NCBI GenBank assembly: GCA_023473585.1
Contig: JAMCYU010000004.1
Coordinates: 1,682 to 65,681 of the forward strand
Direction: 5' to 3'
DNA from: Patescibacteria group bacterium
GTDB taxonomy: Bacteria; Patescibacteriota; Microgenomatia; JAMCYU01
DNA: 64,000 nt
The notes beneath the pieces were generated by a model. The model ran no database searches and was not told the DNA's origin. It saw only the letters and a program-made list of their open reading frames with translations. Numbering within the stretch: position 1 is the stretch's first letter; each line of letters starts with the position of its first letter. The position numbers and the translations under genes were made by a program. Positions 27,431 through 36,574 of the stretch are shown in pieces.

Positions 27431-29215
27431 ATGACCAATCAGGAAATCGCCCGGCTTTTAAAGAAGATTGCCGCCGCTTATCTTGTTAAAAACGAGAATC
27501 GCTTCAAAATTATGGCTTACGAACGGGCGGCCGATAGTCTCGAAAATACCCCCATTGAAGCTAAAGGTCTTTGGCAAGAGGGAAAATTAGACGAAATCCA
27601 AGGCATCGGTCCTTCAATTGCCGGTCATCTTGATGAACTTTTCAAAAAAGGCAAGATTCGTCATTTTGAGCAGGTTTTAAAAGGTCTGCCCGAAGCGATG
27701 TTTTCTCTTTTAGCTTTGCCCGGTTTTGGCCCCAAAAAAGCTTATAAATTAGCTAAGGTTTTGAAATTAAAAAGCGCCAAGACCGCCATTACCGATCTTG
27801 AAAAGGCAGCTAAAAAAGGGAAAATAGCCGTGATTGAGGGTTTCGGAGAAAAATCCCAACAAGATATTCTTGAGAGCCTGAAAAGCTTTAAAAAAGGACA
27901 GCTTAAAGAAAACCGCATCAATTTGCCACTAGCTTCAGCTTTGGCTACGGAAATAATTAGCTATCTTAAATTATGCCCGCAAAGTTTACGGATCGATCCG
28001 TTAGGTTCTTTGAGAAGACAGGTGGCGACAATCGGAGATATTGATATTGCCGTGGCTACCCAAGACCCCCAAGAAGTTATCGATTGGTTTATTAAGTATC
28101 CCCGAAAACAAAAATTAGTGGAAAAAGGGCCAACCGGCGCCAGTTTGCTTCTTCATAACGGCCGGCAGGTTGATTTGCGGGTGCAAAAACCCAAAGCCTA
28201 CGGGGCGATGCTTCAATATTTTACCGGTTCGAAAAACCATAACGTTCATTTGCGCGAATTAGCCTTGAAACATGGTTTGTCGTTATCCGAATACGGCATT
28301 AAAAAACTGGGGAAAAACCATAAAATAAACGAATATAAAGACGAGGAAAGCTTTTATCAGGCCGTCGGTCTTCCCTTAATTCCCCCGGAATTGAGAGAAA
28401 ATACCGGAGAGATTGAGGCGGCTTTGCGACAAGCTCAAAACAAACCCGATGGTTTACCCAATTTAGTTAAACTCGACGATATTAAAGGAGACCTGCATCT
28501 CCATTCTGATTTTCCCATCGAACCTTCTCATGATCTGGGCGTCTCTTCCATGGAAGAAATTATCGAAAAAGCCGAAAGTTTGGGGTACGAATATCTGGCT
28601 TTTTCCGAACACGCACCCAGTGTCAGTCAACATTCAAAAGAGCAGATCTTCAGTATCTTATCAAGACGGAGAGCGATAATTGAGCAATTAAAATTGACTA
28701 CTAAAATTGTTCGAGTAATAAATTTACTTGAAGTGGATATTCTCACTGACGGCAATTTATCAATCGAAAAGAGAAGCTTGGCTTTACTTGACGGAGTCAT
28801 TGCCTCGGTACACAGCGGTTTTCAACAAAACAAGGAGCAAATGACCAAAAGAATTTTACGGGCTTTGGAAAATCCCCAGGTTAAGATTTTAGGGCATCCG
28901 ACCGGGAGATTACTCGGACGAAGAGAGGGTTACGAGGTTGACTGGGAAGAAATTTTTGCCTTTTGTCAAAAACACGGCAAGGCGCTGGAGATTAATGCCT
29001 GGCCGGAAAGACTCGATCTTCCGGATTTTTTGGTTCGTCAAGCCATCGCCAAAGGAGTCGGTTTAATTATCTCAACCGACGCCCATAAAGTTTCGGAAAT
29101 GGATCTTATGTCCTATGGAGTTGCGGTCGCTCGCCGGGGATGGGCGGAAAAAAATGACATTTTAAACACTTTAGACTATAATGAATTTTATCAATGGTTA
29201 AAAGAGAGGAGGTGA
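27431..29215 (+). CDS. DNA polymerase X family with C-terminal PHP phosphoesterase domain
   Basis: HhH motifs GIGPSIA/GFGPKKA, pol-beta palm IGDIDIAV, PHP motif DLHLHSDFP...SEHAP. Confidence 0.8.
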   Translation: MTNQEIARLLKKIAAAYLVKNENRFKIMAYERAADSLENTPIEAKGLWQEGKLDEIQGIGPSIAGHLDELFKKGKIRHFEQVLKGLPEAMFSLLALPGFGPKKAYKLAKVLKLKSAKTAITDLEKAAKKGKIAVIEGFGEKSQQDILESLKSFKKGQLKENRINLPLASALATEIISYLKLCPQSLRIDPLGSLRRQVATIGDIDIAVATQDPQEVIDWFIKYPRKQKLVEKGPTGASLLLHNGRQVDLRVQKPKAYGAMLQYFTGSKNHNVHLRELALKHGLSLSEYGIKKLGKNHKINEYKDEESFYQAVGLPLIPPELRENTGEIEAALRQAQNKPDGLPNLVKLDDIKGDLHLHSDFPIEPSHDLGVSSMEEIIEKAESLGYEYLAFSEHAPSVSQHSKEQIFSILSRRRAIIEQLKLTTKIVRVINLLEVDILTDGNLSIEKRSLALLDGVIASVHSGFQQNKEQMTKRILRALENPQVKILGHPTGRLLGRREGYEVDWEEIFAFCQKHGKALEINAWPERLDLPDFLVRQAIAKGVGLIISTDAHKVSEMDLMSYGVAVARRGWAEKNDILNTLDYNEFYQWLKERR

Positions 29216-29218
29216 GGC

Positions 29219-29764
29219 ATGTTGCCTGTTTTATTATTAGGAATTGTTCTTCTCGTCGTTTTTGTCTGGGGTTTATACAACGGTTTAGTGACAGCCAAAG
29301 CCCGTGTTGATGAGTCCTGGAGCGGCATTGACGTTCAGTTAAAAAGAAGAGCCGACCTAATTCCCAATTTAGTGGAAACCGTTAAGGGTTATGCGACTCA
29401 TGAAAAAAGCGTCTTTGAAAATGTGACTGAAGCCAGATCCGCCCTAATGGGAGCGAAGACCCCGAAAGAGAAAGCGGAAGCTAACAATCAGTTAAGCGCC
29501 GCTTTAAAAAGTCTTTTTGCCGTGGCTGAAGCTTATCCGGATCTTAAAGCGAGTCAAAACTTTGCGGATTTACAACAGCAATTGGGGGATACCGAAGATA
29601 AAATTGCCTATTCACGACAATTTTACAATACGAACGTGCTTGATTATAACGTCAAAATTAAGGTCTTCCCCAATGTTTTATTGGCCGGACCGTTAGGATT
29701 TCGCGAAGTCGAATTCTTTAAGGCGGCGGCGGAAGAAAAAGAAGAAATTAAAGTTAAGTTTTAA
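29219..29764 (+). CDS. LemA-family protein
   Basis: N-terminal TM plus the conserved LemA region YN.LV....V.E.WS.ID.QLKRR.DLIPNLV. Confidence 0.75.
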   Translation: MLPVLLLGIVLLVVFVWGLYNGLVTAKARVDESWSGIDVQLKRRADLIPNLVETVKGYATHEKSVFENVTEARSALMGAKTPKEKAEANNQLSAALKSLFAVAEAYPDLKASQNFADLQQQLGDTEDKIAYSRQFYNTNVLDYNVKIKVFPNVLLAGPLGFREVEFFKAAAEEKEEIKVKF

Positions 29765-29779
29765 TTCCGCTTAAAAAGT

Positions 29780-30676
29780 ATGTCAATTTATTCACAGATT
29801 GACTCTAACCGACGTCGAACTTATTTAGTGATGGTCTTTTTTATCGCCTTTATAACCCTGACGGCTTATATTTTCGGTCGGGCCTCGGGTTATGGTTTGT
29901 CTTACGCCGGAATAGCTTTAATCATTTCCGGTTTTGTTTCCTTTGGGAGTTACTATTGGTCGGACAAGCTCATTCTTCTTATGTCCCAAGCAAGAGAAAT
30001 TAACGAAAAAGACAATCCTCTCCTTTTTCGGACTGTCGAAAATCTTTGTCTTGGCGCCGGTTTACCAAGGCCAAAGATTTATACAATTGACGATTCGGCT
30101 CCCAACGCTTTTGCGACCGGTCGCGATCCTCAACATGCCGTTATCTGTGTAACCTCCGGACTTCTAGGCAAACTGGAAAAAATAGAATTGGAGGGTGTTA
30201 TCGCTCATGAATTATCACATGTTAAAAATTACGATACGCGGCTCATGGGCATTGTGGCGATTTTGGTAGGCATGGTGGCTTTTTTAGCCGATTGGTTTAT
30301 GCGTTCGCTTTGGTGGGGTGACCGGAGTGATCGTGAAGAAAAAGGAAGTGTGCAAGGCCTTTTCCTCATCTTGGGGATTGTTTTTGCCGTTCTTTCGCCA
30401 ATTATTGCCACTTTAATCCAGTTAGCGATCTCCCGCCGGCGGGAATATTTGGCTGACGCCTCAGGCGCGCTTTTAACTCGTTATCCGGACGGGCTCGCCC
30501 GGGCTTTGGAAAAAATTGCCCGCGACAAAGAGGTCCTTGAAGCGGCGACCAATGCGACCGCCCATTTATATATTGTTAATCCGTTTAAGGATAAAAGTTT
30601 TTCGGCTTGGTTTTCGGGGCTTTTTGATACTCATCCTCCTTTGGCGGAAAGAATCAGACTTTTGCGCGCCATGTAA
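29780..30676 (+). CDS. htpX: M48 zinc metalloprotease HtpX-like
   Basis: HELSHVKNYD (HExxH), 4 TM helices, C-terminal EYLADA. Confidence 0.8.
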   Translation: MSIYSQIDSNRRRTYLVMVFFIAFITLTAYIFGRASGYGLSYAGIALIISGFVSFGSYYWSDKLILLMSQAREINEKDNPLLFRTVENLCLGAGLPRPKIYTIDDSAPNAFATGRDPQHAVICVTSGLLGKLEKIELEGVIAHELSHVKNYDTRLMGIVAILVGMVAFLADWFMRSLWWGDRSDREEKGSVQGLFLILGIVFAVLSPIIATLIQLAISRRREYLADASGALLTRYPDGLARALEKIARDKEVLEAATNATAHLYIVNPFKDKSFSAWFSGLFDTHPPLAERIRLLRAM

Positions 30677-30692
30677 ATTGGCCATTTTAAAA

Positions 30693-31991
30693 ATGAAAAG
30701 ACTCCTTGCGATTTGGTTAGGGAAAATCATTAACTTTATAAGTTCCATGGGTAAGTTTGGCGCCGGTTCGACGTGGCCGGGGCATGTTTCTTTAAAAATT
30801 AATCCCCAAATAATCTCCCAGCTGACTTCACAATTGAAAAAAGGGACAATCCTGATTGCCGGGACAAACGGCAAAACGACGACGGTTAAATTAATCTACC
30901 AAATCCTTAAAGAGGAAAATCCCGACATTATTATTAATGACAGCGGGGCGAATCTTCTCAATGGCTTTGCCTCAACTCTGATCAACAAAAGCGACTGGTT
31001 GGGAAAGATTAAGGCGTCATGGGCCGTTTTTGAAACCGACGAGGCGACATTACCTTTGGCTCTTGCGGAGACAGAGCCCAAAATTGTCATCATTCTTAAT
31101 TTATTTAGAGACCAATTGGATCGTTACGGAGAAATTGATTTGATCGCCGAAAAGTGGCAACAGGCGCTCAAAAAACTAAGCCTAGAGACAACGGTTATTT
31201 TAAACGCCGATGATCCCCATGTTGCCTTTTTAGGAAAAGGCCTTCGCAGTCGCGTTTTCTATTTTGGTCTCAACGATAAAAATCTTTTTTTGGCGAAAAT
31301 GGAGCATGCCGTTGACACCGTTTATTGTCCTTCGTGTAATGCCAAACTCGATTTCGAGGGCGTCTTTTTTTCTCATTTGGGATTTTGGTCTTGTCCCGGT
31401 TGTCGGTTTAGCCGTCCCACGCCAAATCTTTTTGTCTGGGATTATCCTTTGCCCGGGACTTATAACCGATATAATACCTTAGCCGCTGTTTTAGCGGCTA
31501 AAATTCTTGGGGTGGAAGATCAAAAAATTAATTTGAGTTTGCAAAAATTTAAACCCGCCTTCGGCCGTCAGGAGAAAATCAATTTGAACGGCAAAAATGT
31601 CCAAATCCTTTTAAGTAAGAATCCGGCCGGTTTTAACGAATGCCTAAGAACCTTAAAAGATTTTCCCGGTCAAAAAAAGACCGTTTTATTGGTTCTTAAT
31701 GACCGCATCCCCGACGGCCGGGACATTTCCTGGATTTGGGACGTTGACTTTGAGATCATTAAAGAAAACGTTAGTTCTTTGCTTGTAAGCGGTGATAGAG
31801 CTTTTGAATTGGCTTTAAGATTAAAGTATGCGGATTTTCCTTTGGAAAAAACCGAAGTCAAGACCGATCTAAAAGAAGCGCTTCAAAAGGGATTAGCGGA
31901 AATCCCCAAAAAAGAAACTTTTTATATCCTGCCTACTTATTCGGCCATGCTTGAAGTGAGAAAAATCTTGGGAGGCAGAAAGATTTTATGA
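30693..31991 (+). CDS. murT: Mur-ligase-family lipid II isoglutaminyl synthase MurT-like
   Basis: P-loop IAGTNGKTTT, Cys4 ribbon CPSCNAKL...CPGC, C-terminal DUF1727-like region. The start is moved to the ATG at 30693; the upstream in-frame extension overlaps htpX. Confidence 0.7.
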   Translation: MKRLLAIWLGKIINFISSMGKFGAGSTWPGHVSLKINPQIISQLTSQLKKGTILIAGTNGKTTTVKLIYQILKEENPDIIINDSGANLLNGFASTLINKSDWLGKIKASWAVFETDEATLPLALAETEPKIVIILNLFRDQLDRYGEIDLIAEKWQQALKKLSLETTVILNADDPHVAFLGKGLRSRVFYFGLNDKNLFLAKMEHAVDTVYCPSCNAKLDFEGVFFSHLGFWSCPGCRFSRPTPNLFVWDYPLPGTYNRYNTLAAVLAAKILGVEDQKINLSLQKFKPAFGRQEKINLNGKNVQILLSKNPAGFNECLRTLKDFPGQKKTVLLVLNDRIPDGRDISWIWDVDFEIIKENVSSLLVSGDRAFELALRLKYADFPLEKTEVKTDLKEALQKGLAEIPKKETFYILPTYSAMLEVRKILGGRKIL

Positions 31992-32788
31992 AACTTGTTA
32001 TCGGTTGGCTTTATCCGGATTTAATGTCAACTTATGGCGATCGGGGCAATATTATAAGTCTTCAAAAAAGATGTCAGTGGCGTGACATTGAAGTTGAAAT
32101 AAAATCAATTACTTTGGAAAGTAAGGGAGAAGAACTTTTAGATTGTGACTTTCTTTTTATGGGCGGAGCTCAAGACCGCCAGCAAAAAATCGTGAGTGAG
32201 GATTTAAGAACAAATAAGGGGCCTATTATTAAGCACCTGATTGAAGGGAATCTTCCCGGTCTTTTTGTTTGCGCCGCTTATCAATTTTTCGGACGATATT
32301 ATCGGTCGGCAGAAGGCGAGGAAATCCCGGGCCTGGGAATTTTTGATTTAGAAACGGTTCACCCCGGAAAAACAAAAACAAGATGCATTGGCAATATTGT
32401 TGTTCGAATAACCAATAACTCCGCCAAAGGCGGATCCGCCTCTGGAGGACAATTACCAATAACTAATTACCTGGTGGGGTTTGAGAATCATGGGGGAAGG
32501 ACTTATTTAGGGAGAAATTTGAAACCGTTAGGGGAGGTGGTAGTGGGATACGGCAATAACGGGGAAGACAGAAAAGAGGGCTGCGTTTATAAAAATGCCA
32601 TTGGAACCTATCTCCACGGGCCAGTTTTGCCGAAAAATCCTCATTTGGCCGATTTCTTAATCAAACTCGCTCTTTCCAAAAAAGCCGGTGGTGAGGTAGA
32701 ATTGAAAAAGCTTGAAGATAGTGTAGAATGGAAAGCCCACGAGAGTCTTTTGGCAAAACTAAGTTTAAAAGGAAATAAAAATGAATAA
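31988..32788 (+). CDS. gatD: CobB/CobQ-like glutamine amidotransferase GatD (MurT partner)
   Basis: Class-I-like GATase of CobQ type, translationally coupled to murT (ATGA overlap). Confidence 0.65.
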   Translation: MKLVIGWLYPDLMSTYGDRGNIISLQKRCQWRDIEVEIKSITLESKGEELLDCDFLFMGGAQDRQQKIVSEDLRTNKGPIIKHLIEGNLPGLFVCAAYQFFGRYYRSAEGEEIPGLGIFDLETVHPGKTKTRCIGNIVVRITNNSAKGGSASGGQLPITNYLVGFENHGGRTYLGRNLKPLGEVVVGYGNNGEDRKEGCVYKNAIGTYLHGPVLPKNPHLADFLIKLALSKKAGGEVELKKLEDSVEWKAHESLLAKLSLKGNKNE

Positions 32789-33074
32789 GCAAAAAATAAC
32801 GACAGCTGAGATTGAACATATTGCCGCCCTGGCTCAACTTAAATTGACCCGCCCCGAGATTGAAAAATTTCAAAAACAACTTTCCCAAGTTTTGGCTTAT
32901 GTTAGTCAATTGGCTAAGGTTAAAACTCAAAACGTTGAACCGACAAGTCAGGTTACCGGTTTGGAAAATAGCTTTCGCGAAGACGAAATTAAAGATTCTT
33001 TAACCCAAAAAGAGGCCTTATCCTTTGCCGGAGAGGTTAAAGACAATCTTTTTAAAGTTAAGGCCATTTTTTAA
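32781..33074 (+). CDS. gatC: Asp/Glu-tRNA(Asn/Gln) amidotransferase subunit C
   Basis: ITTAEIEHIAALAQLKLT...KFQKQLSQVLAYV. Confidence 0.8.
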   Translation: MNKQKITTAEIEHIAALAQLKLTRPEIEKFQKQLSQVLAYVSQLAKVKTQNVEPTSQVTGLENSFREDEIKDSLTQKEALSFAGEVKDNLFKVKAIF

Positions 33075-34508
33075 ATGAATTTAAATGATTTAACCGTTCA
33101 GGAAGCAATTTTCGGTTTAACCTCTAAAAAGTTTTCCGCCAGAGAGGTTACCTCGGCGTGTCTGGAACAGATTAAAAAATTAAACAAAGAAATCAAGGCC
33201 TATCTTACCATTAGTGAAAAAGAGGCTTTAGAAGCGGCGGAAAAAAGCGATCAGGAACGAAGGGAAAACCCTCTTTTAGCTCAAGAAAAGCCCCTTTTAG
33301 GGATTCCGGTTGCCCTTAAAGACCTTTTTTGCACTAAGAACATGAAAACAACGGCGGCATCCAGGCTTTTGAAAGATTATTTTCCCCAATATGACGCGAC
33401 CGTCGTTTCGAAACTGAAAAAAGCCGGAGCCGTCATTTTAGGGAAAACCAATTGTGACGCCTGGGCTCACGGTGCCAGCGGCGAAAATTCCGATTTTGGT
33501 CCGACAAAAAATCCCTGGAACAAACAACTCGTGCCGGGCGGGTCTTCTTCCGGTTCGGCCGCGGCCTTGATTAGTTCTCAGTGTCTGGCAGCCACCGGAA
33601 CCGATACCGGCGGTTCGGTACGACTTCCGGCCGCTTTTTGCGGCGTGGTGGGTTTAAAACCGACTTACGGCCGAGTTTCCCGTTACGGGATTATCGCTAT
33701 GGCTTCATCCATGGACGCGATCGGTCATTTTACCAGAACGGTTTATGACTCGGCTCTTCTTTTAAAAGTCACGGCCGGCAAGGATAATTTTGACGCGACG
33801 ACACCAAACGTCGCCACGGAAAATTTTACCGCTTCTCTTGATCGGGGAATTAAGAACCTAAAGATTGGTATTCCCAAAGAATATTTTGGCAAAGGAATTG
33901 ACCGAAGAATTGAAGAAACAATTAAAAAGGCCGTGAAAAAACTGGAGGCCTTGGGAGCCAAAATTATTGAGGTGTCTTTACCTCACACCGAATATGCCCT
34001 GGCCGTTTATTATATCATTCAACCGTCAGAGGTCTCCTCGAATTTAGCCCGTTACGACGGGATTAGATTCGGACTAACGAGAGACGAATTCGGCGACGAA
34101 GCGAAAAGAAGAATCATGTTGGGAACATACACGCTTTCGGCCGGTTATTATGATGCCTATTATTTAAAAGCGATGAAAGTCCGAACGCTAATTAAAAAAG
34201 ATTTTGCCGAGGCTTTCAACAAAGTTGATGTTCTGATTGCGCCGACTTCACCAAATCTTCCCTGGAAACTAGGTGAAAAAGTCGCCGATCCTTTAAAAAT
34301 GTATCTGGCCGACATCTTAACGGTAACGGCTAATTTAGCCGGTATTCCGGGGTTGTCTTTGCCTTGCGGCTTTGTGGAAGAAAAGGGTTGTCAGTTGCCG
34401 GTGGGAATGCAGATTTTAGGTCCCCATTGGTCGGAAAAATTATTGTTTCAGGTCGGACATGCTTATGAACGAGAAACAAACTTTTTTAAAATCAAACCCA
34501 AATTATAA
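33075..34508 (+). CDS. gatA: Asp/Glu-tRNA amidotransferase subunit A (amidase signature)
   Basis: Amidase signature GGSSSGSAAA; 477 aa. Confidence 0.9.
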   Translation: MNLNDLTVQEAIFGLTSKKFSAREVTSACLEQIKKLNKEIKAYLTISEKEALEAAEKSDQERRENPLLAQEKPLLGIPVALKDLFCTKNMKTTAASRLLKDYFPQYDATVVSKLKKAGAVILGKTNCDAWAHGASGENSDFGPTKNPWNKQLVPGGSSSGSAAALISSQCLAATGTDTGGSVRLPAAFCGVVGLKPTYGRVSRYGIIAMASSMDAIGHFTRTVYDSALLLKVTAGKDNFDATTPNVATENFTASLDRGIKNLKIGIPKEYFGKGIDRRIEETIKKAVKKLEALGAKIIEVSLPHTEYALAVYYIIQPSEVSSNLARYDGIRFGLTRDEFGDEAKRRIMLGTYTLSAGYYDAYYLKAMKVRTLIKKDFAEAFNKVDVLIAPTSPNLPWKLGEKVADPLKMYLADILTVTANLAGIPGLSLPCGFVEEKGCQLPVGMQILGPHWSEKLLFQVGHAYERETNFFKIKPKL

Positions 34509-34517
34509 TTATCGGTT

Positions 34518-34537
34518 TGATACTATGATTTAAATCA
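34518..34537. repeat. partial copy of the 26-bp palindrome (tgatactatgatttaaatca) overlapping the gatB start
   Basis: 19/20 match to the left arm plus centre of the 10748/11423/11911 palindrome. Confidence 0.5.
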
Positions 34538-35887
34538 ATGAATCAAACAAAGCTAAAAGTAAACAAAAAAACAAAATATCTGCCGATTATAGGTTTGGAG
34601 ATTCATGTGGAGTTGAAAACCAAGTCCAAGATGTTTTGTGGCTGTTCGGCCGATTATTTTGGTCATGAACCCAACAGCCAGTGTTGTCCGATTTGTTTGG
34701 GTTTGCCGGGAGCCTTACCTTTTCCTAACAAAAAAGCGATTAGAGACTGTTTAGTAATCGGCCTGGCCTTAGATTGTCAGGTTGTCGAGACTTCGCAATT
34801 TGACCGGAAAAACTATTTTTATCCGGATTTAGCCAAGGGTTTTCAGATTTCCCAATACGCAAACCCCTTTTGTCTTAACGGAAAATTGGGAGAAATTCGG
34901 ATTCGTCGGGTCCACATGGAAGAAGACACCGGCAAGCTTTTACACGCCCAAGAAGGGACACTGATTGATTTTAATAGAAGCGGCGTGCCTTTGGTGGAGA
35001 TTGTGACCGAGCCCGATCTTCATACCGCTTCGGAGGCTAAAATTTTCCTGCAAAAACTTCAGCAAATCATCCGTTACTTAGGCGTTTCTGATGCGGATAT
35101 GGAAAAGGGGAGTATGCGTTTGGAACCGAATATTTCCTTAATAAAGACCAATACTACCAATAAATACCAATTACCAAGTTATAAAGTCGAGGTTAAAAAT
35201 ATCAATTCTTTTAAGTTTGTCGAAAAGGCCATTAATTTTGAAATTGAAAGACAACAGGCATTATTGGAAAAAGGCGAGGTTATTCATCAGGAAACCAGAA
35301 GATTTGACGCCGATAAAGGTTTAACGCTCCCCCAGCGGAGTAAAGAGGAGGCTAAAGATTATCGCTATTTTCCGGAACCGGATATTCCGCCCATCAAATG
35401 GACAAAAGAAGAAATTAACAATCTTAAAAATAAAATCCCGGAATTACCGGAAACCAAACTTAAGCGCTTTATAAAAGAGTACGGGCTTTCGGAGTATGAC
35501 GCCACGATTTTGACGGTTTCCCTAGCGGTTGCCGATTATTTTGAAGAAAGTATTAAGTATTTAGTATCAAGTATTGAGTCTAAAGAGATAACGCCAAAAA
35601 TCATTGCCAATTGGCTTATTAATAAAAAAGTTGATATTGATAAAAACTCACCAGAAGATTTAGTAGAAATGATTGCTCAAAAAAGTCAACAAGCAACAAT
35701 TTCTGACGAAGAACTGGAAAAAGCGACGCTAAAAGTTTTGCTTGACAATCCAAAGGCGGTCAGCGATTATAAAGCGGGTAAAGAGCAGGCCTTAATGTTT
35801 TTGGTCGGTCAGGTTTTAAAAATGGTTAAAGGTCAGGCCAGCGGGGAAGAGATTAAAACATTAATAAAAGAGGAGCTTATAAAATGA
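34538..35887 (+). CDS. gatB: Asp/Glu-tRNA amidotransferase subunit B
   Basis: IGLEIHVELKTKSKMFCGC N-terminus and C-terminal YqeY-like domain. Confidence 0.9.
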   Translation: MNQTKLKVNKKTKYLPIIGLEIHVELKTKSKMFCGCSADYFGHEPNSQCCPICLGLPGALPFPNKKAIRDCLVIGLALDCQVVETSQFDRKNYFYPDLAKGFQISQYANPFCLNGKLGEIRIRRVHMEEDTGKLLHAQEGTLIDFNRSGVPLVEIVTEPDLHTASEAKIFLQKLQQIIRYLGVSDADMEKGSMRLEPNISLIKTNTTNKYQLPSYKVEVKNINSFKFVEKAINFEIERQQALLEKGEVIHQETRRFDADKGLTLPQRSKEEAKDYRYFPEPDIPPIKWTKEEINNLKNKIPELPETKLKRFIKEYGLSEYDATILTVSLAVADYFEESIKYLVSSIESKEITPKIIANWLINKKVDIDKNSPEDLVEMIAQKSQQATISDEELEKATLKVLLDNPKAVSDYKAGKEQALMFLVGQVLKMVKGQASGEEIKTLIKEELIK

Positions 35888-36570
35888 CGGAACAAAACGC
35901 TGAAATTTCTCATGGAAAAAGTATCCCAGAAAGACAAAAACATATTAAAGATCGAATCGATCAAACTAAAAAGTGGCTTGTTGGTTTAAGACAACAAACT
36001 CAAGAAGGTCAATTATCTTGGGAGCAATACGATCATTTAATCGCTAGGGCGATGGTTGCCAGGGAAAGATACGCTGACCTTTCAAGGAGACATTCCCTTA
36101 TAGACAGACTAACGCAAATTCCTAATCGAAGATGGTTAGACTTGGAAATCCAAAGAGAGACGGAAGAAGCCAAGCGTTCCGGACAACCCCTAGGCCTTTT
36201 AATTATAGACATTGATCATTTTAAAAGGATAAACGACCTTCATGGTCACCCTAAAGGTGACCAAGTTTTGCAAGAAACTGCGCGAACTTTACAACAATAT
36301 TCTCGGGCTGAAGATTTTTTAGCCAGATACGGCGGCGAAGAATTTGCCGTTTTAGTTATTAATTCTCAACCGGAAAAACTTTCGGAGATTGCCGAACGGT
36401 TGCGTTTGCAAATAGAAAGATTACAAATAGAAGGTATCTCGCCGCTAACCATCAGCCTGGGTGGCACGTCATTTAAAAAAGGAGAACAAATTAAAGATTT
36501 TTTTGCGAGAGCCGACAATGCCTTATATCAGTCAAAAGAACGCGGAAGAAATAAAGTAACAATTTCTTAA
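35884..36570 (+). CDS. GGDEF-domain diguanylate cyclase (no sensor domain)
   Basis: RYGGEEFAV (GGEEF active site) and DIDHFKRINDLHGH. Confidence 0.75.
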   Translation: MTEQNAEISHGKSIPERQKHIKDRIDQTKKWLVGLRQQTQEGQLSWEQYDHLIARAMVARERYADLSRRHSLIDRLTQIPNRRWLDLEIQRETEEAKRSGQPLGLLIIDIDHFKRINDLHGHPKGDQVLQETARTLQQYSRAEDFLARYGGEEFAVLVINSQPEKLSEIAERLRLQIERLQIEGISPLTISLGGTSFKKGEQIKDFFARADNALYQSKERGRNKVTIS

Positions 36571-36574
36571 ATTT

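Noticed and set aside
30516-30692. N-terminal 59-codon extension of the murT ORF overlapping htpX
   Set aside because: The extension is Arg/Leu-rich and runs antiparallel in frame to the htpX 3' end. A proper ATG with a conserved MurT start (MKRLLAIWLGK) lies at 30693, just after the htpX stop.
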